Below are positions 31,505 to 41,221 of a stretch of DNA of 64,000 bases, one piece after another. Where the stretch lies: NCBI GenBank assembly GCA_965221335.1, contig CBDCSC010000002.1, positions 25,076-89,075 on the forward strand, in the 5' to 3' direction. This DNA is from Gammaproteobacteria bacterium. Its GTDB lineage: Bacteria > Pseudomonadota > Gammaproteobacteria > Eutrophobiales > Eutrophobiaceae. The notes under the pieces are model-generated. The model was given only the letters and a program-made list of their open reading frames with translations, searched no databases and had not been told where the DNA came from. Made by a program: the position numbers and the translations under genes. Each line of letters begins with the position of its first letter. The stretch's first letter is position 1.

Positions 31505-32152
31505 ATGCATTTGCATATTCCCATTTCAGGAACTATTATTCCCAGAATGGGAGATAATATAACAACTGCAGTACGAATCCAGGATGCGCTTTTCCCCAGT
31601 GTAAAACAGAGAGTATTGGGAATCTTATTCGGACAACCGGACCGAAGATTCCAAGGGGCGGAACTAATCCGCATGGCAAATTCAGGGACCGGCGCTGTGC
31701 ATAGACAGCTCACCAGCCTTACAGCCAGTGGCTTGGTTAGTGTTACCCGGGTTGGAAACCAGAAGCATTATCAGGCCAATCCGAACTCGCCGGTTTTTGA
31801 TGAGTTGTGCGGCTTAATCAGGAAAACGGTTGGATTGCGTGAGCCCCTGCAACGCTCCCTGGAGCCATTGAAAAGTCAGATAGACATTGCCTTTGTTTAC
31901 GGGTCCATTGCGCGGGGCGCCGACACCGCAAGCAGTGACATAGATTTAATGCTGCTCGGCGAAGGATTGGATTACGTCAAGGTGTATGAAGCCATCCAAA
32001 ACGCTGAGACTGCATTGCAAAGAAAAATAAATCCGAATTTGACAACGTTGAATGAATGGAGAAGAAAACTTAATAAGGGTAATCATTTTATCGCCAACGT
32101 CAATAAACAAGACAAGCTGTTTATCTACGGGTCGGAAAATGAGCTTGCCTGA
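31505..32152 (+). CDS. wHTH-nucleotidyltransferase (MNT-type antitoxin-like)
   Basis: N-terminal winged-HTH. A minimal nucleotidyltransferase motif GS…SDIDLM. Followed by an overlapping HEPN-like ORF. Confidence 0.6.
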   Translation: MHLHIPISGTIIPRMGDNITTAVRIQDALFPSVKQRVLGILFGQPDRRFQGAELIRMANSGTGAVHRQLTSLTASGLVSVTRVGNQKHYQANPNSPVFDELCGLIRKTVGLREPLQRSLEPLKSQIDIAFVYGSIARGADTASSDIDLMLLGEGLDYVKVYEAIQNAETALQRKINPNLTTLNEWRRKLNKGNHFIANVNKQDKLFIYGSENELA

Positions 32153-32594
32153 GCTGGACAACCTAGCGCGCATCGGCGGACTGAAGGAAGAAGCGCCTTC
32201 CCAGGTTGAGTTTGATGGCTTGCTCCGTTCTGGCGAGGCACGTTTGCAGGACGCCCAAAATAAAGCCAACTCGCCTGAAGGTCGCTTCGACCTGGCGTAT
32301 AACGCCGCGCATTCGCTATGTCTTGCTGCGCTACGCTGGCATGGTTACCGGCCCAAAAGCCGCTATATCGTATTCCAGACTTTGCCCCATACCCTTGGCA
32401 TGGATACAGCAGTTTGGCGAACACTTGCCAAATGCCATCAACGACGAAATCTGGCAGAGTACGAAGGCCATCTTGAAGTTGATGAACAACTCATTACTGA
32501 TTTGGTGACTTGTGCAAAAAATGTCCATGCTGAAGTTTCCAAACTGCCCCGGATTTCTCACGGAATAACATCTCCATCTGTAGATATAAGGTAA
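32139..32594 (+). CDS. HEPN-like protein (putative toxin partner of MNT)
   Basis: ~150 aa, helical, with a candidate R-x(n)-H motif (HQRRNLAEYEGH). Overlaps the upstream MNT gene by 14 nt, as in HEPN/MNT modules. Confidence 0.45.
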   Translation: MSLPELDNLARIGGLKEEAPSQVEFDGLLRSGEARLQDAQNKANSPEGRFDLAYNAAHSLCLAALRWHGYRPKSRYIVFQTLPHTLGMDTAVWRTLAKCHQRRNLAEYEGHLEVDEQLITDLVTCAKNVHAEVSKLPRISHGITSPSVDIR

Positions 32595-32703
32595 GTCACA
32601 TCAAATCCATCATTCATTGCTACTGAGGCCGTATCAACTGCATTATTTACCTTTCTGTTTATACGGTTGTCTCAACTGATTAAGCCCTCCACGCTTTGAA
32701 TCG

Positions 32704-33006
32704 TTACACAAACCTCAAAGACGTTTGGCTTCCTGCTTGTGAAATAACCGCCGCACCCCCAGCGCCGGGCTTGCCGGCAGCGATGGCTTTCGAGATCATT
32801 TGATCTTTATGCTTTGCAATATCGGATGGTTCTGATATACCGAGATCGAAGATGACAGAACGATCAATCTCCCGATGCATCTCTTTCAGGCCATGCTCAA
32901 TCAGGCGGCGAATGTATTCAGCAAATGAGATTCCCAACGCCGCGGCGTGCATTCGAATCTGGCTGTGCAATTTGGATTCAAGGGAGATTTGAGTGCGTAC
33001 AATCAT
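32704..33006 (-). CDS. Ribbon-helix-helix (CopG-like) domain protein
   Basis: The N-terminus …ISLESKLHSQIRMHAAALGISFAEYIRRLIEHGL… fits RHH antitoxin/repressor folds. No adjacent toxin identified. Confidence 0.45.
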   Translation of the reverse strand: MIVRTQISLESKLHSQIRMHAAALGISFAEYIRRLIEHGLKEMHREIDRSVIFDLGISEPSDIAKHKDQMISKAIAAGKPGAGGAAVISQAGSQTSLRFV

Positions 33007-33232
33007 GATGTAGCCACCATATTGTTGCTTTAATCATGTGTCAATACTTATCGCTTCTAACCCTGAGCGCAGTTTGTTAGTCGTTGCTATAGTCGATAAA
33101 TCCAGGTTTTGCCAGCGTAATCCAACACTGGCCTTTTATACCTTGTATTTTAGACTGAAAAGCTCTTTTTTAACCTTGTATTTTTGACTGTTCAGCAGTA
33201 TATTGCCGTTTTCTTTGTCGGTGACACCAACC

Positions 33233-34555
33233 ATGAAGCGTTCTATTGATGCTGTGCTGCGAGAGTGGCGAAATGATTCCCGACGCAAGCCGTTATTATT
33301 TCGTGGCGCGCGCCAGGTAGGCAAGTCTTATTCCGTGAGCCTGTTCGGAAAACAGGAATTCTCCGATATGGCTGTTATCAATCTTGAAGCGGAGCCTCAG
33401 GTTGCGGAGATATTCAACAGCATGAAGCCTCAGGAGATACTGAACAAGGTCGAAATACTGACTGGACAAAAGGTTGTTCCCGGCAAAACATTATTGTTTA
33501 TTGACGAGATCCAGGCATTTCCCAAAGCTGTTGCTGCCCTGCGTTACTTTTATGAACAAACGCCGGAACTTCATGTGATTGCAGCAGGTTCATTGTTGGA
33601 ATTAGCCTTGAACGCAAGCGGGTTTTCGATGCCGGTGGGACGCGTGCAATACCTTCATATGAAGCCCATGAGTTTTGAGGAATTTCTGTTTGCCCAAGGA
33701 CAGGAGTCAGCAGTGGAAGCGCTTGCGCATGATCGGGCTTTGTTCGCGGAACCGGCTGTTCACAATGCGATGCTCAACAGGGTAAGAGAGTACCTGCTGA
33801 TCGGCGGGATGCCGGAAGTCGTGGCAGAATACCGGCAGTCCGGCAGTTATGAGCGCTGTCGCCGTATTCAGACCTCACTACTGCAAACCTACCGGGATGA
33901 TTTCAACAAGTATGTAAAATTCGGACGATTGGAACACATCGGCAAGGTCTTTCAATCCGCTGTGCAACAGGTGGGTCACAAATTCAAATACGTCAGGGTG
34001 GACCCCGACGAACTGTCAAAAAATACAAAAAACGCTCTGGATTTACTGGTGCTGGCCGGCGTCTATCACAAAGTGATCAGATCCTCTGCGGAGGGTTTGC
34101 CCCTCGGAGCAAACACCAACGAACGTTTTTTCAAGGTACTGTTTCTTGATGTCGGCTTGATGCAAAATCTATGCGGCCTGGCTTCGGATATTATACTGGA
34201 AAAAGACCTTATGAAGATTTACCGGGGGGCATTAATGGAACAATTCGTAGGACAGGAACTCATCGCCAGCCAGGACTGTTTCGACAAACCAGCGCTGTAT
34301 TATTGGGCCAGGGAGGCCAAAAACAGCAGCGCCGAGATTGATTATGTCTGCCAGTCCGATACCGACCTGGTACCGGTAGAAGTAAAAGCGGGAAAAACCG
34401 GCAGACTGAAAAGCCTGCACCTGTTTCTCCAGGAAAAACACCAGGAATGGGGAATTAAAATATCAACCGCGCCACTGCAATATGAAAAGCCGGTACTGTC
34501 CATACCATTTTACATGGTCAACCACTGGCGGGCGTTGTGGGAGGGTCGCACATAA
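33233..34555 (+). CDS. AAA-family ATPase with C-terminal DUF4143-like domain
   Basis: Walker A GARQVGKS and Walker B LLFIDEIQ. Architecture typical of the widespread AAA_14+DUF4143 orphan ATPases. Confidence 0.7.
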   Translation: MKRSIDAVLREWRNDSRRKPLLFRGARQVGKSYSVSLFGKQEFSDMAVINLEAEPQVAEIFNSMKPQEILNKVEILTGQKVVPGKTLLFIDEIQAFPKAVAALRYFYEQTPELHVIAAGSLLELALNASGFSMPVGRVQYLHMKPMSFEEFLFAQGQESAVEALAHDRALFAEPAVHNAMLNRVREYLLIGGMPEVVAEYRQSGSYERCRRIQTSLLQTYRDDFNKYVKFGRLEHIGKVFQSAVQQVGHKFKYVRVDPDELSKNTKNALDLLVLAGVYHKVIRSSAEGLPLGANTNERFFKVLFLDVGLMQNLCGLASDIILEKDLMKIYRGALMEQFVGQELIASQDCFDKPALYYWAREAKNSSAEIDYVCQSDTDLVPVEVKAGKTGRLKSLHLFLQEKHQEWGIKISTAPLQYEKPVLSIPFYMVNHWRALWEGRT

Positions 34556-34613
34556 TCCACCGGAATAACAGTGTTGCCCTATCTCTCTCTGACATGAGAC
34601 GCGGCTGGAATGA

Positions 34614-34994
34614 TCAGACTTTGAACCCGACTGCCTCGGCGACAGAACGCTGCCGCGCATCCAGCGTCAGGAACCACATCTGTTCCGGTTCCCTTGCAAC
34701 ATACAACGCCGAAGCCACATGCCACAAATCAGCGCCGCGCAAGTACCCGGCTTCAAGGACTGCTGTTATCTCAGGAACCAGTGGCCGGTCGGGTAATACC
34801 CACTTAAGGTTGGAGAAGATAGCCGGGGAGAAGTTGATACCTTCGCGCAAGCAGGCAGACCGGAGTTCCGCTTCAAGCAGGTTCGATGACAGCAGATATG
34901 GGATATCGCCAAGCTGATTAACCATTGCCGCGCCACTGCTTTCATCGAAGGCCACGGCAACCAGCGCAGAGGTGTCCACATAGGCAACACTCAT
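34614..34994 (-). CDS. vapC: PIN-domain toxin VapC
   Basis: 126 aa starting M..AYVDTSALVA… with conserved acidic residues. Overlaps the upstream antitoxin gene by 4 nt. Confidence 0.8.
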   Translation of the reverse strand: MSVAYVDTSALVAVAFDESSGAAMVNQLGDIPYLLSSNLLEAELRSACLREGINFSPAIFSNLKWVLPDRPLVPEITAVLEAGYLRGADLWHVASALYVAREPEQMWFLTLDARQRSVAEAVGFKV

Positions 34995-35275
34995 TTGTTG
35001 CGCTCGTCGAGAAAACGTTTCAATGCCCCAGGACGGGAGGCCAACACTGAAAGTGGCCGCTTGGACTTACCCGAAGGCACGATGACCCTGCGCCGTTCGA
35101 GCTCTTCCAGCCTGTCCTCTATTTTCTCAGGACCTTGTTGAGTAGGCCGAATTTCAGCCACCGGTTCACCCCGGTAAGACACTGTCACCGTCCTGCCCTC
35201 CCGCACATGACGCAACACCTCGGAGAACCGCGCTTTGGCTTCATAAGTCGAATACACAATACTCATGAAAACCAC
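34991..35275 (-). CDS. Phd/YefM-type antitoxin (VapB partner)
   Basis: 94 aa. The N-terminus …STYEAKARFSEVLRHVREGRTVTVSYRGEPVAEI… matches the Phd/YefM fold. Confidence 0.7.
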   Translation of the reverse strand: MVFMSIVYSTYEAKARFSEVLRHVREGRTVTVSYRGEPVAEIRPTQQGPEKIEDRLEELERRRVIVPSGKSKRPLSVLASRPGALKRFLDERNK

Positions 35276-35560
35276 TATATCTGGTCAGACTAGTCAGGTC
35301 AAGGTCAGTCGATTCTCACCCTGATTGCATTGGAGCGCGGCAGAGCCTTGCGGCAATTAATCACTCCAATCACCGTAAATTATGCGGTGAATAAGTCCCA
35401 TAATTGCCTTAAATCATGTGGTGATTAATATGTGGATTTATCAATATCAAAACTGGTCTGACTTTACCCGCCTTTCGCTATATCGTCGGCTCTGGATATA
35501 ACCCATTAATCTCATATAGCTGGCAGGGTCGCAATGTCGGCAAGCTGCCTGACGCCTCCG

Positions 35561-36877
35561 TCATGGCTTTGGCAGTGCCGCATCATCAGGCTCAGGCGCT
35601 GTCGTCAAGTGTGAGGTTGATCGGATAACAAAATTCGCAAGAGAAGGTATCCCGGACCGCCAGTACATCTGTTCAGAAGCGGGAAGATCTCCGTATGCGG
35701 GGCCTTCTACCAGGAACCCTGTGTGGAGAAATCGCATTTTCAGGGATTTGTGCGCATTGGATGAAATCCCTGCTTCTTCCAGCGTATCCAATGTTTGCGT
35801 TAATTCTGTTTCCAACATGGGGGCATTGTCCTGAGACAAAAAGCGTTCGGCGACCACCCTGGCTGCACGCAGCACCTGCCTGCCCCCAATATCTTCACTC
35901 AGGGGATCGTTTAATTCATTCAATCTGGCCTGATAGAGAGATATCCGTTCACGAATTACTTTGTCCTTCGTCATTTCCATGACCGCTCGGTTGATTTTTT
36001 TGTCATTAAGGCCATTATCCCAAAGCCCTTCTCCCCATAGCTGAATAAACCAGGGGTAGCCCTGTGCATCGGCAAGGATATCGTTCATCACGGCATCATC
36101 GATTTGCCATTTCTCTTCCTGAAACGGCGTAAACAGCGCCTCAAAGGAAGCGTCTTTATCAAGCAGGCCAGGGTAAACCTTATCGGCGCGCTCAATAAAT
36201 GTAGCCGTCATTGTCTTCCCGGTTGAAGGGTCTTTGGGCCCGACAGACGTCAGGTGGCTCATTAATTCCGGCGTGCCCGCCAATATGAAACATATCTGCG
36301 CCTTGTAACGATTGGCGCTTTGGGCCAGATTTGCAATTGCGCCCGCTGATTCTCCTGTCAGGTTTTGCGCCTCATCAATGGTCACCAGGAGCGGAGGCAT
36401 ATCAGTGGCAGGCCTGCCTTCCGGCACGGCATGTTTCGACAACAATGATTGTTCCAGCAGATGCTCCCATGGCGGGGTGACAACATGGGGAACTGGAGTT
36501 TTGCCATATTCTCCCGACCCTGTAACGATACCCCCTCCCGCGTGCCATCCGTAAAGTATGGAATTGTCTATGACATTCTTGTCCAACACGCTGACCAGAT
36601 CCGTAATTGTCCTGATGTTTCGGGAATGTGTGCTGATTATATTTCCGGTACTGAATTTACCGGCAAATTCTTTTTCTACCCAGTTGAGAAGAACTGTTTT
36701 TCCGACGCCCCGGGGGCCACTGATCAGTATATGTTTGGGCGCATACGGTCCGTCAGGGTGACAGATTCTGTTTAGCCCTTTATTTAATGCGCGCTGTTCC
36801 GCTACTCGCCCGGCCAAGACGGGCGGAGTTGCGCCAGCGCCGGGCGTATACGGATTGACTTTTTTTCTTGCATGCAT
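35561..36877 (-). CDS. Stand-alone AAA ATPase (Arch_ATPase/AAA_16-like), 438 aa
   Basis: The …LAGRVAEQRAL…ILISGPRGVGKTVLL… P-loop and a Walker B (LLVTIDEAQ) are followed by a long helical C-terminal domain. No partner gene recognised. Confidence 0.6.
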   Translation of the reverse strand: MHARKKVNPYTPGAGATPPVLAGRVAEQRALNKGLNRICHPDGPYAPKHILISGPRGVGKTVLLNWVEKEFAGKFSTGNIISTHSRNIRTITDLVSVLDKNVIDNSILYGWHAGGGIVTGSGEYGKTPVPHVVTPPWEHLLEQSLLSKHAVPEGRPATDMPPLLVTIDEAQNLTGESAGAIANLAQSANRYKAQICFILAGTPELMSHLTSVGPKDPSTGKTMTATFIERADKVYPGLLDKDASFEALFTPFQEEKWQIDDAVMNDILADAQGYPWFIQLWGEGLWDNGLNDKKINRAVMEMTKDKVIRERISLYQARLNELNDPLSEDIGGRQVLRAARVVAERFLSQDNAPMLETELTQTLDTLEEAGISSNAHKSLKMRFLHTGFLVEGPAYGDLPASEQMYWRSGIPSLANFVIRSTSHLTTAPEPDDAALPKP

Positions 36878-37254
36878 CCTGGTTAATTATACCATCTGTC
36901 CCGACTACGACGGTTTTAGAGCGCAATTTATTTGAAAACTCCTTATTTATCAACGCGGGCGTCAGAAGAAACCGTTGTAGTGCCTACGGGCCAGCACGTA
37001 TTCAATAAAATCAATCAGTTACCTTTGAAGCACGGGCATACCCCTTTGAGGATGATTTTGAAGGCTATATCAGCGCTTCAAAAATACGCCAAACAGGCCA
37101 AATGCGCCAACGATACCGAGCTTTGAGATATTCCGGGCTAAAAGAGGGAGGAATTTTCATTCAGAATCCGGGCAGCGGGCGAACTGCCTAGCCTCCGGTT
37201 GAGTAAGGCTAAAGACGAATTTATCGATAAAGAGCAAACTTAGTCAAATTCACG

Positions 37255-37440
37255 CTATTCCTGTTCCACAATAGTTTTTATATTCTCTGCAAGAACGTCA
37301 AAGCATCCATCTACAGCTTCCCTCAGGTTAAATGACAGTTCTTCAATGGTATCACCCTGTGTGACACAGCCAGGAATAGAAGGAACCTCAGCCGAGTAGC
37401 CGCCTTCTTCTGCTGCGTGAATAATGATTGCCGATTTCAT
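37255..37440 (-). CDS. HicB-family antitoxin-like protein (UPF0150)
   Basis: 62 aa, MKSAIIIHAAEEGGYSAEVPSIPGCVTQGDTIEE…, typical of the HicB N-terminal domain. The ORF track extends it in-frame to 37614. Confidence 0.55.
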   Translation of the reverse strand: MKSAIIIHAAEEGGYSAEVPSIPGCVTQGDTIEELSFNLREAVDGCFDVLAENIKTIVEQE

Positions 37441-37568
37441 AACAGAAATCCTGAGAAGTTTTTTCTTATTTCGCAAGTATATTACAGCACTCAGCCTGGA
37501 TTTTTCGCATGCACTCGTCGGTAAGCCCGAATATCGCCTACACCTAATCGGCTTACGCCGCGCCCTGA

Positions 37569-37769
37569 TCATAACGGTTTGGAGTGTGGTATATTTATTT
37601 CGCTCAGGAACCATCTTATTGAGGCAGAGTTTCCTGGAAGCAGTGTCGCACTGGTTTTCCGATGCGCTGACCAGTCCGGGGGCTGTCCAGTGCTTGAGCC
37701 GGGAATGGACTTGGGCATAGTCTCTCCGGAATTATGATTTCTGGTAAAACGATGATTGCTTGCAAACAA
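37569..37769 (-). pseudogene. Possible degraded HicA-like toxin remnant
   Basis: A 66-aa ORF upstream of HicB with weak HicA-like features (SAHRK…LPGN…I). Poor overall match. Confidence 0.2.
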
Positions 37770-38738
37770 ATTGCCTACGTTACCATGGGTGTTCCTGACC
37801 TTGCCCTGATGGAGACGTTTTTAACTGATTTCGGCATGGTTCCGGCATATCGGACCAGCGACAGTGTGTATTTTCGGGGCGCCGCTTCCATACCTTATAT
37901 CTATGTGGCGAAACAGAGTTCGCAAAACAAAATCATCAGTTACACCTTCGAGGCCGCAACTGAGGATGATTTACATGCGGCAGCGAAAGTGCCCGGCGCG
38001 TCGGCTGTGGAAGATATTGACGGGCCGGCCGGTGGCAAGCGAGTGCGCCTGGTCACACCAGGTGGGTTTCATGTGGACGTCGCGCATGGGATGAAACCGG
38101 TGGATGAACTGCCGTTACGCGAGTCGTATGAACTCAACTTCAAGGACAGGAAGCGCCGCCTCAATACCAATCTCCGGCCCAGCCGCTACGAACCCGGCCT
38201 GGTCAATAAACTCGGGCACCTGGTTCCCTATACACTCAAACAGCAGGATGATGTTGAATGGTATATGGAATATTTTGGCCTGCTTGCTTCAGATCATATT
38301 TGTGAACCCGGCAATGCCGATAACGTGCTGGCCACATTTTTGCGGTTTGACCGGGGCGATGAGTTCGTCGACCATCACGTGCTGCTGGTGAGCGGCGCGC
38401 CGCGCATCGGCTGTCACCATACTTCTTTTGAGATGTGTGATTTTGACGCGGTTGCCAGCGCCCACGACTACCTGCTGTCCAAAGGTTGGCAGTTGGATGT
38501 CGGCTATGGGCGCCATTACCTGGGCAGCCTGATTTACGATTACTGGTTTGATCCGTTTGGCAATCGCATAGAGCATTATACCGATACGGATAAGGTCAAT
38601 GCCTCCTACCAGCCGGTCTATTTCACCGGCACGGCTGACGAAACCACACAGTGGGGACCACTGCCACCGGAAGAGTTTTTTCTGCCTGAATACGATTTTG
38701 CCCGACACGATGAATTTTTGACACGCAAGGGATTCTGA
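37734..38738 (+). CDS. Two-domain VOC-family protein (glyoxalase/extradiol-dioxygenase-like)
   Basis: 334 aa with tandem VOC modules (…DHHVLLVSGAPRIGCHHTSFE…). Sits in a catabolic neighbourhood. Confidence 0.6.
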   Translation: MISGKTMIACKQIAYVTMGVPDLALMETFLTDFGMVPAYRTSDSVYFRGAASIPYIYVAKQSSQNKIISYTFEAATEDDLHAAAKVPGASAVEDIDGPAGGKRVRLVTPGGFHVDVAHGMKPVDELPLRESYELNFKDRKRRLNTNLRPSRYEPGLVNKLGHLVPYTLKQQDDVEWYMEYFGLLASDHICEPGNADNVLATFLRFDRGDEFVDHHVLLVSGAPRIGCHHTSFEMCDFDAVASAHDYLLSKGWQLDVGYGRHYLGSLIYDYWFDPFGNRIEHYTDTDKVNASYQPVYFTGTADETTQWGPLPPEEFFLPEYDFARHDEFLTRKGF

Positions 38739-38848
38739 CCCTTGACTCCTGCGTTTTGTAATCTCCGGGAGGGCATGATAGACACATGAACATGGAAATG
38801 ACTGCAAGACATCGGCCGGAAGCTCTTAACGTCAGGAATTGAAATATC

Positions 38849-39487
38849 ATGGCGATGTCAGGAAAAAAAGCATCACAAAGCGCGCTGGCCTACGAAGCGC
38901 TAAAATGGAAAATTCTGAACTCCGAGTTGAGCCTGGGTAAACTGTACACCGAGGCCGAGCTGTGTGAGCTGGTTAACTTTGGCCGCTCACCGATACGCAG
39001 CGCACTCTCCAATCTGCAACGGGACCGTCTCATTGAGGTCATACCCCGTAAAGGGATGATCATCTCCGGGTGGTCGACAGAAGAGTTGAAGCAGTTGATC
39101 CATGTTCGCCTGGTGATTGAAGCCGAAGTCGTCAGGCTTGCCGCGACCCATGCGACGGTTGCCCAGGTCAATCACATGAAATCCCTGATGGAGCAAGGTC
39201 GCGCCTACGTGAAAAAAAATAATCGCAAGGAATTGATGAGAATCGATCATGAATTCCATGGCATTTTAGCGGAGGCCAGCCAAAATCCTGTTCTTGTTGA
39301 ACTGGCCAACTTCCTCAAGCAGCGATCCAACCCGCTGTGGTTTTTAATGATTACCGGCCCGGAGAAATTGCAGGAAGTACAAAGCGAACATGAGGCGATA
39401 TTGGATGCCGTTATGGAATCGGACAAAAAAGCGGCAGTTGCCGCTATCAGGCACCATCTGAACAAGTTGGCGGACTTGCCTTATTGA
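38849..39487 (+). CDS. GntR-family (FadR/FCD subfamily) transcriptional regulator
   Basis: N-terminal wHTH (…LYTEAELCELVNFGRSPIRSALSNLQRDRLIEV…) and a C-terminal FCD domain. Confidence 0.8.
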   Translation: MAMSGKKASQSALAYEALKWKILNSELSLGKLYTEAELCELVNFGRSPIRSALSNLQRDRLIEVIPRKGMIISGWSTEELKQLIHVRLVIEAEVVRLAATHATVAQVNHMKSLMEQGRAYVKKNNRKELMRIDHEFHGILAEASQNPVLVELANFLKQRSNPLWFLMITGPEKLQEVQSEHEAILDAVMESDKKAAVAAIRHHLNKLADLPY

Positions 39488-39588
39488 TTACGCTGTCTGG
39501 GAAACCTCCGAATAAGCTTATCGGGACTGATCAAAGATCACTTTCCCGTGCCGCAATGCCTACTTTGCCAATGCAAATCTTACGCTTG

Positions 39589-39686
39589 CAATACCGGTGT
39601 GAACCATATCTGAGATATTCGGGCTACCCTTACGCTTGCAATACCGGGGCGAACCATATCTGAGCTATTCGGGTAGAGCATGCTTC
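39589..39686. repeat. Tandem direct repeat, 2 x ~49 bp
   Basis: CTTACGCTTGCAATACCGG(t/g)G(t/c)GAACCATATCTGAG(a/c)TATTCGGG(c/t)TA repeated twice, sitting between the convergent GntR and ALDH genes. Confidence 0.75.
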
Positions 39687-39688
39687 GC

Positions 39689-41221
39689 TTACAGCTCGAT
39701 AATCCTGTCCCAGGGAGAGGCGCTGCTCCAGTTGATGCACACGCTCTGCCGGCGCATATAGCCTTTCCAGGCATCTGACCCGGCAGTGCGCCCGCCACCG
39801 GTTTCTTTCTCTCCGCCAAAAGCGGCGCCTACGTCTGCCCCGGTTGTTCCCATATTGACCTTGGCGATGCCACAGTCGCTGCCGGCGGCGGACAGGAACT
39901 GTTCAATATGAAAGACATTACTGCTGTGTATGCCAGAGGCCAGGCCCTGGGCGACATTATTATGAATGGCAATGGCCTCATCCAATGACTGATACGTCAT
40001 GACAAATACAATGGGCGCAAAGGTCTCCTCCTGCACACAAGGCCAGTCAGGGTCGCAACCGGTGATGATGGTCGGTTCGACGAAATAACCGGGGCGTTCA
40101 AGCCGCTTGCCGCCATAAACCACTTTTCCGCCTGCTTCGACTGCCGCGGCGATTGTGGCGGCAAAATCATCTATGGCTTTTGGATCTATCAGCGGCCCGA
40201 CCAGCGCAGCTTCCTCACGCGGGTCTCCCAGGGTGATTTGTGAGAATGACCTGGCCAGGTAGTCCACAAATTTTTCGGCCACATCCTTATGAACAATGCA
40301 ACGTCGGGTACTGGTGCAACGCTGCCCCGTAGTCCCCACCGCGCCGAAGGTGACAGAACGGGCTGCCAGTTTCAAGTCTGCTGTTTCATCGATAATGCAG
40401 CCGTTATTCCCGGAACACTCGAGCAGGCAGCGGCGTCCAGGAGTTTCAGCCACCATGGCAGCTACGTGTTTGCCCACCGCGCTGGACCCCGTGAATGACA
40501 CCAGCGCAATGCGGCGGTCCTCCAGCAGCCGGTTGGCAAGCGCATTATCTTGCGGGATAAACAGCGAAAACACACCATCTGATCCGGTATCCTGCATCGC
40601 CTGGTTGGCCAAACGCTGTAAGGCCAAGGCTGTCAGAGGAACTTTGGGGCTCGGCTTCCAGATGACTGTGTTGCCGCAGATGGCTGACAGGAAACCATTC
40701 TGCGCCCATACCGCGGCAGGAAAATTGTATGCGGTGATGATGCCGGCGACTCCCAGCGGCAACCATTGATCATACATTCTATGTTTTTCGCGCTGGGATT
40801 GTTGCGCAAAGCCGTACAACATGCGGGATTGCCCGGCCGCGAGCATGGCCATATCGATACACTCGTTGATTTCAGCCTTGCCTTCCATCAAGGATTTGCC
40901 GGTATCAATGGAGACAATCGCGCCGAGCTCCTCCAACTTATCCTTCATAAGCTCGCCGATGCGCGCCACCAGCTTGCCCCGTTGCGGCGCGGGCGTCATG
41001 CGCCAGGCTTTCTGGCAGGCTATAGCGTTGTCAGCGATATGACGATAATCTTCTTCGGTAGCGCTGGTTATAAGAGCGGTCGTCTCTTCGGTGGACGGGT
41101 TTATCGCCGCGAAACTGGCGCGCTCATTTATCGAAGTCCAGCCTGTGGCAGAGCAATACGCGCCGGGATTAACGGCCTCTATACCAAGGTCGCCGAGAAT
41201 CCGGTCAATGTTGAATTTCAT
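39689..41221 (-). CDS. ALDH7-type aldehyde dehydrogenase (alpha-aminoadipic/piperideine-6-carboxylate semialdehyde dehydrogenase-like)
   Basis: Alignable along its whole length with the antiquitin/AmaB family (…ITAFNFPVAVW…FTGSTAVGK…ELGGNN…CTTARR…[24 protein letters not shown]…). Confidence 0.8.
   Translation of the reverse strand: [510 protein letters not shown]

Noticed and set aside
32331-32561. 76-aa minus-strand ORF within the HEPN-like gene.
   Set aside because: Antisense overlap, hydrophobic low-complexity sequence, no RBS context. Treated as spurious.
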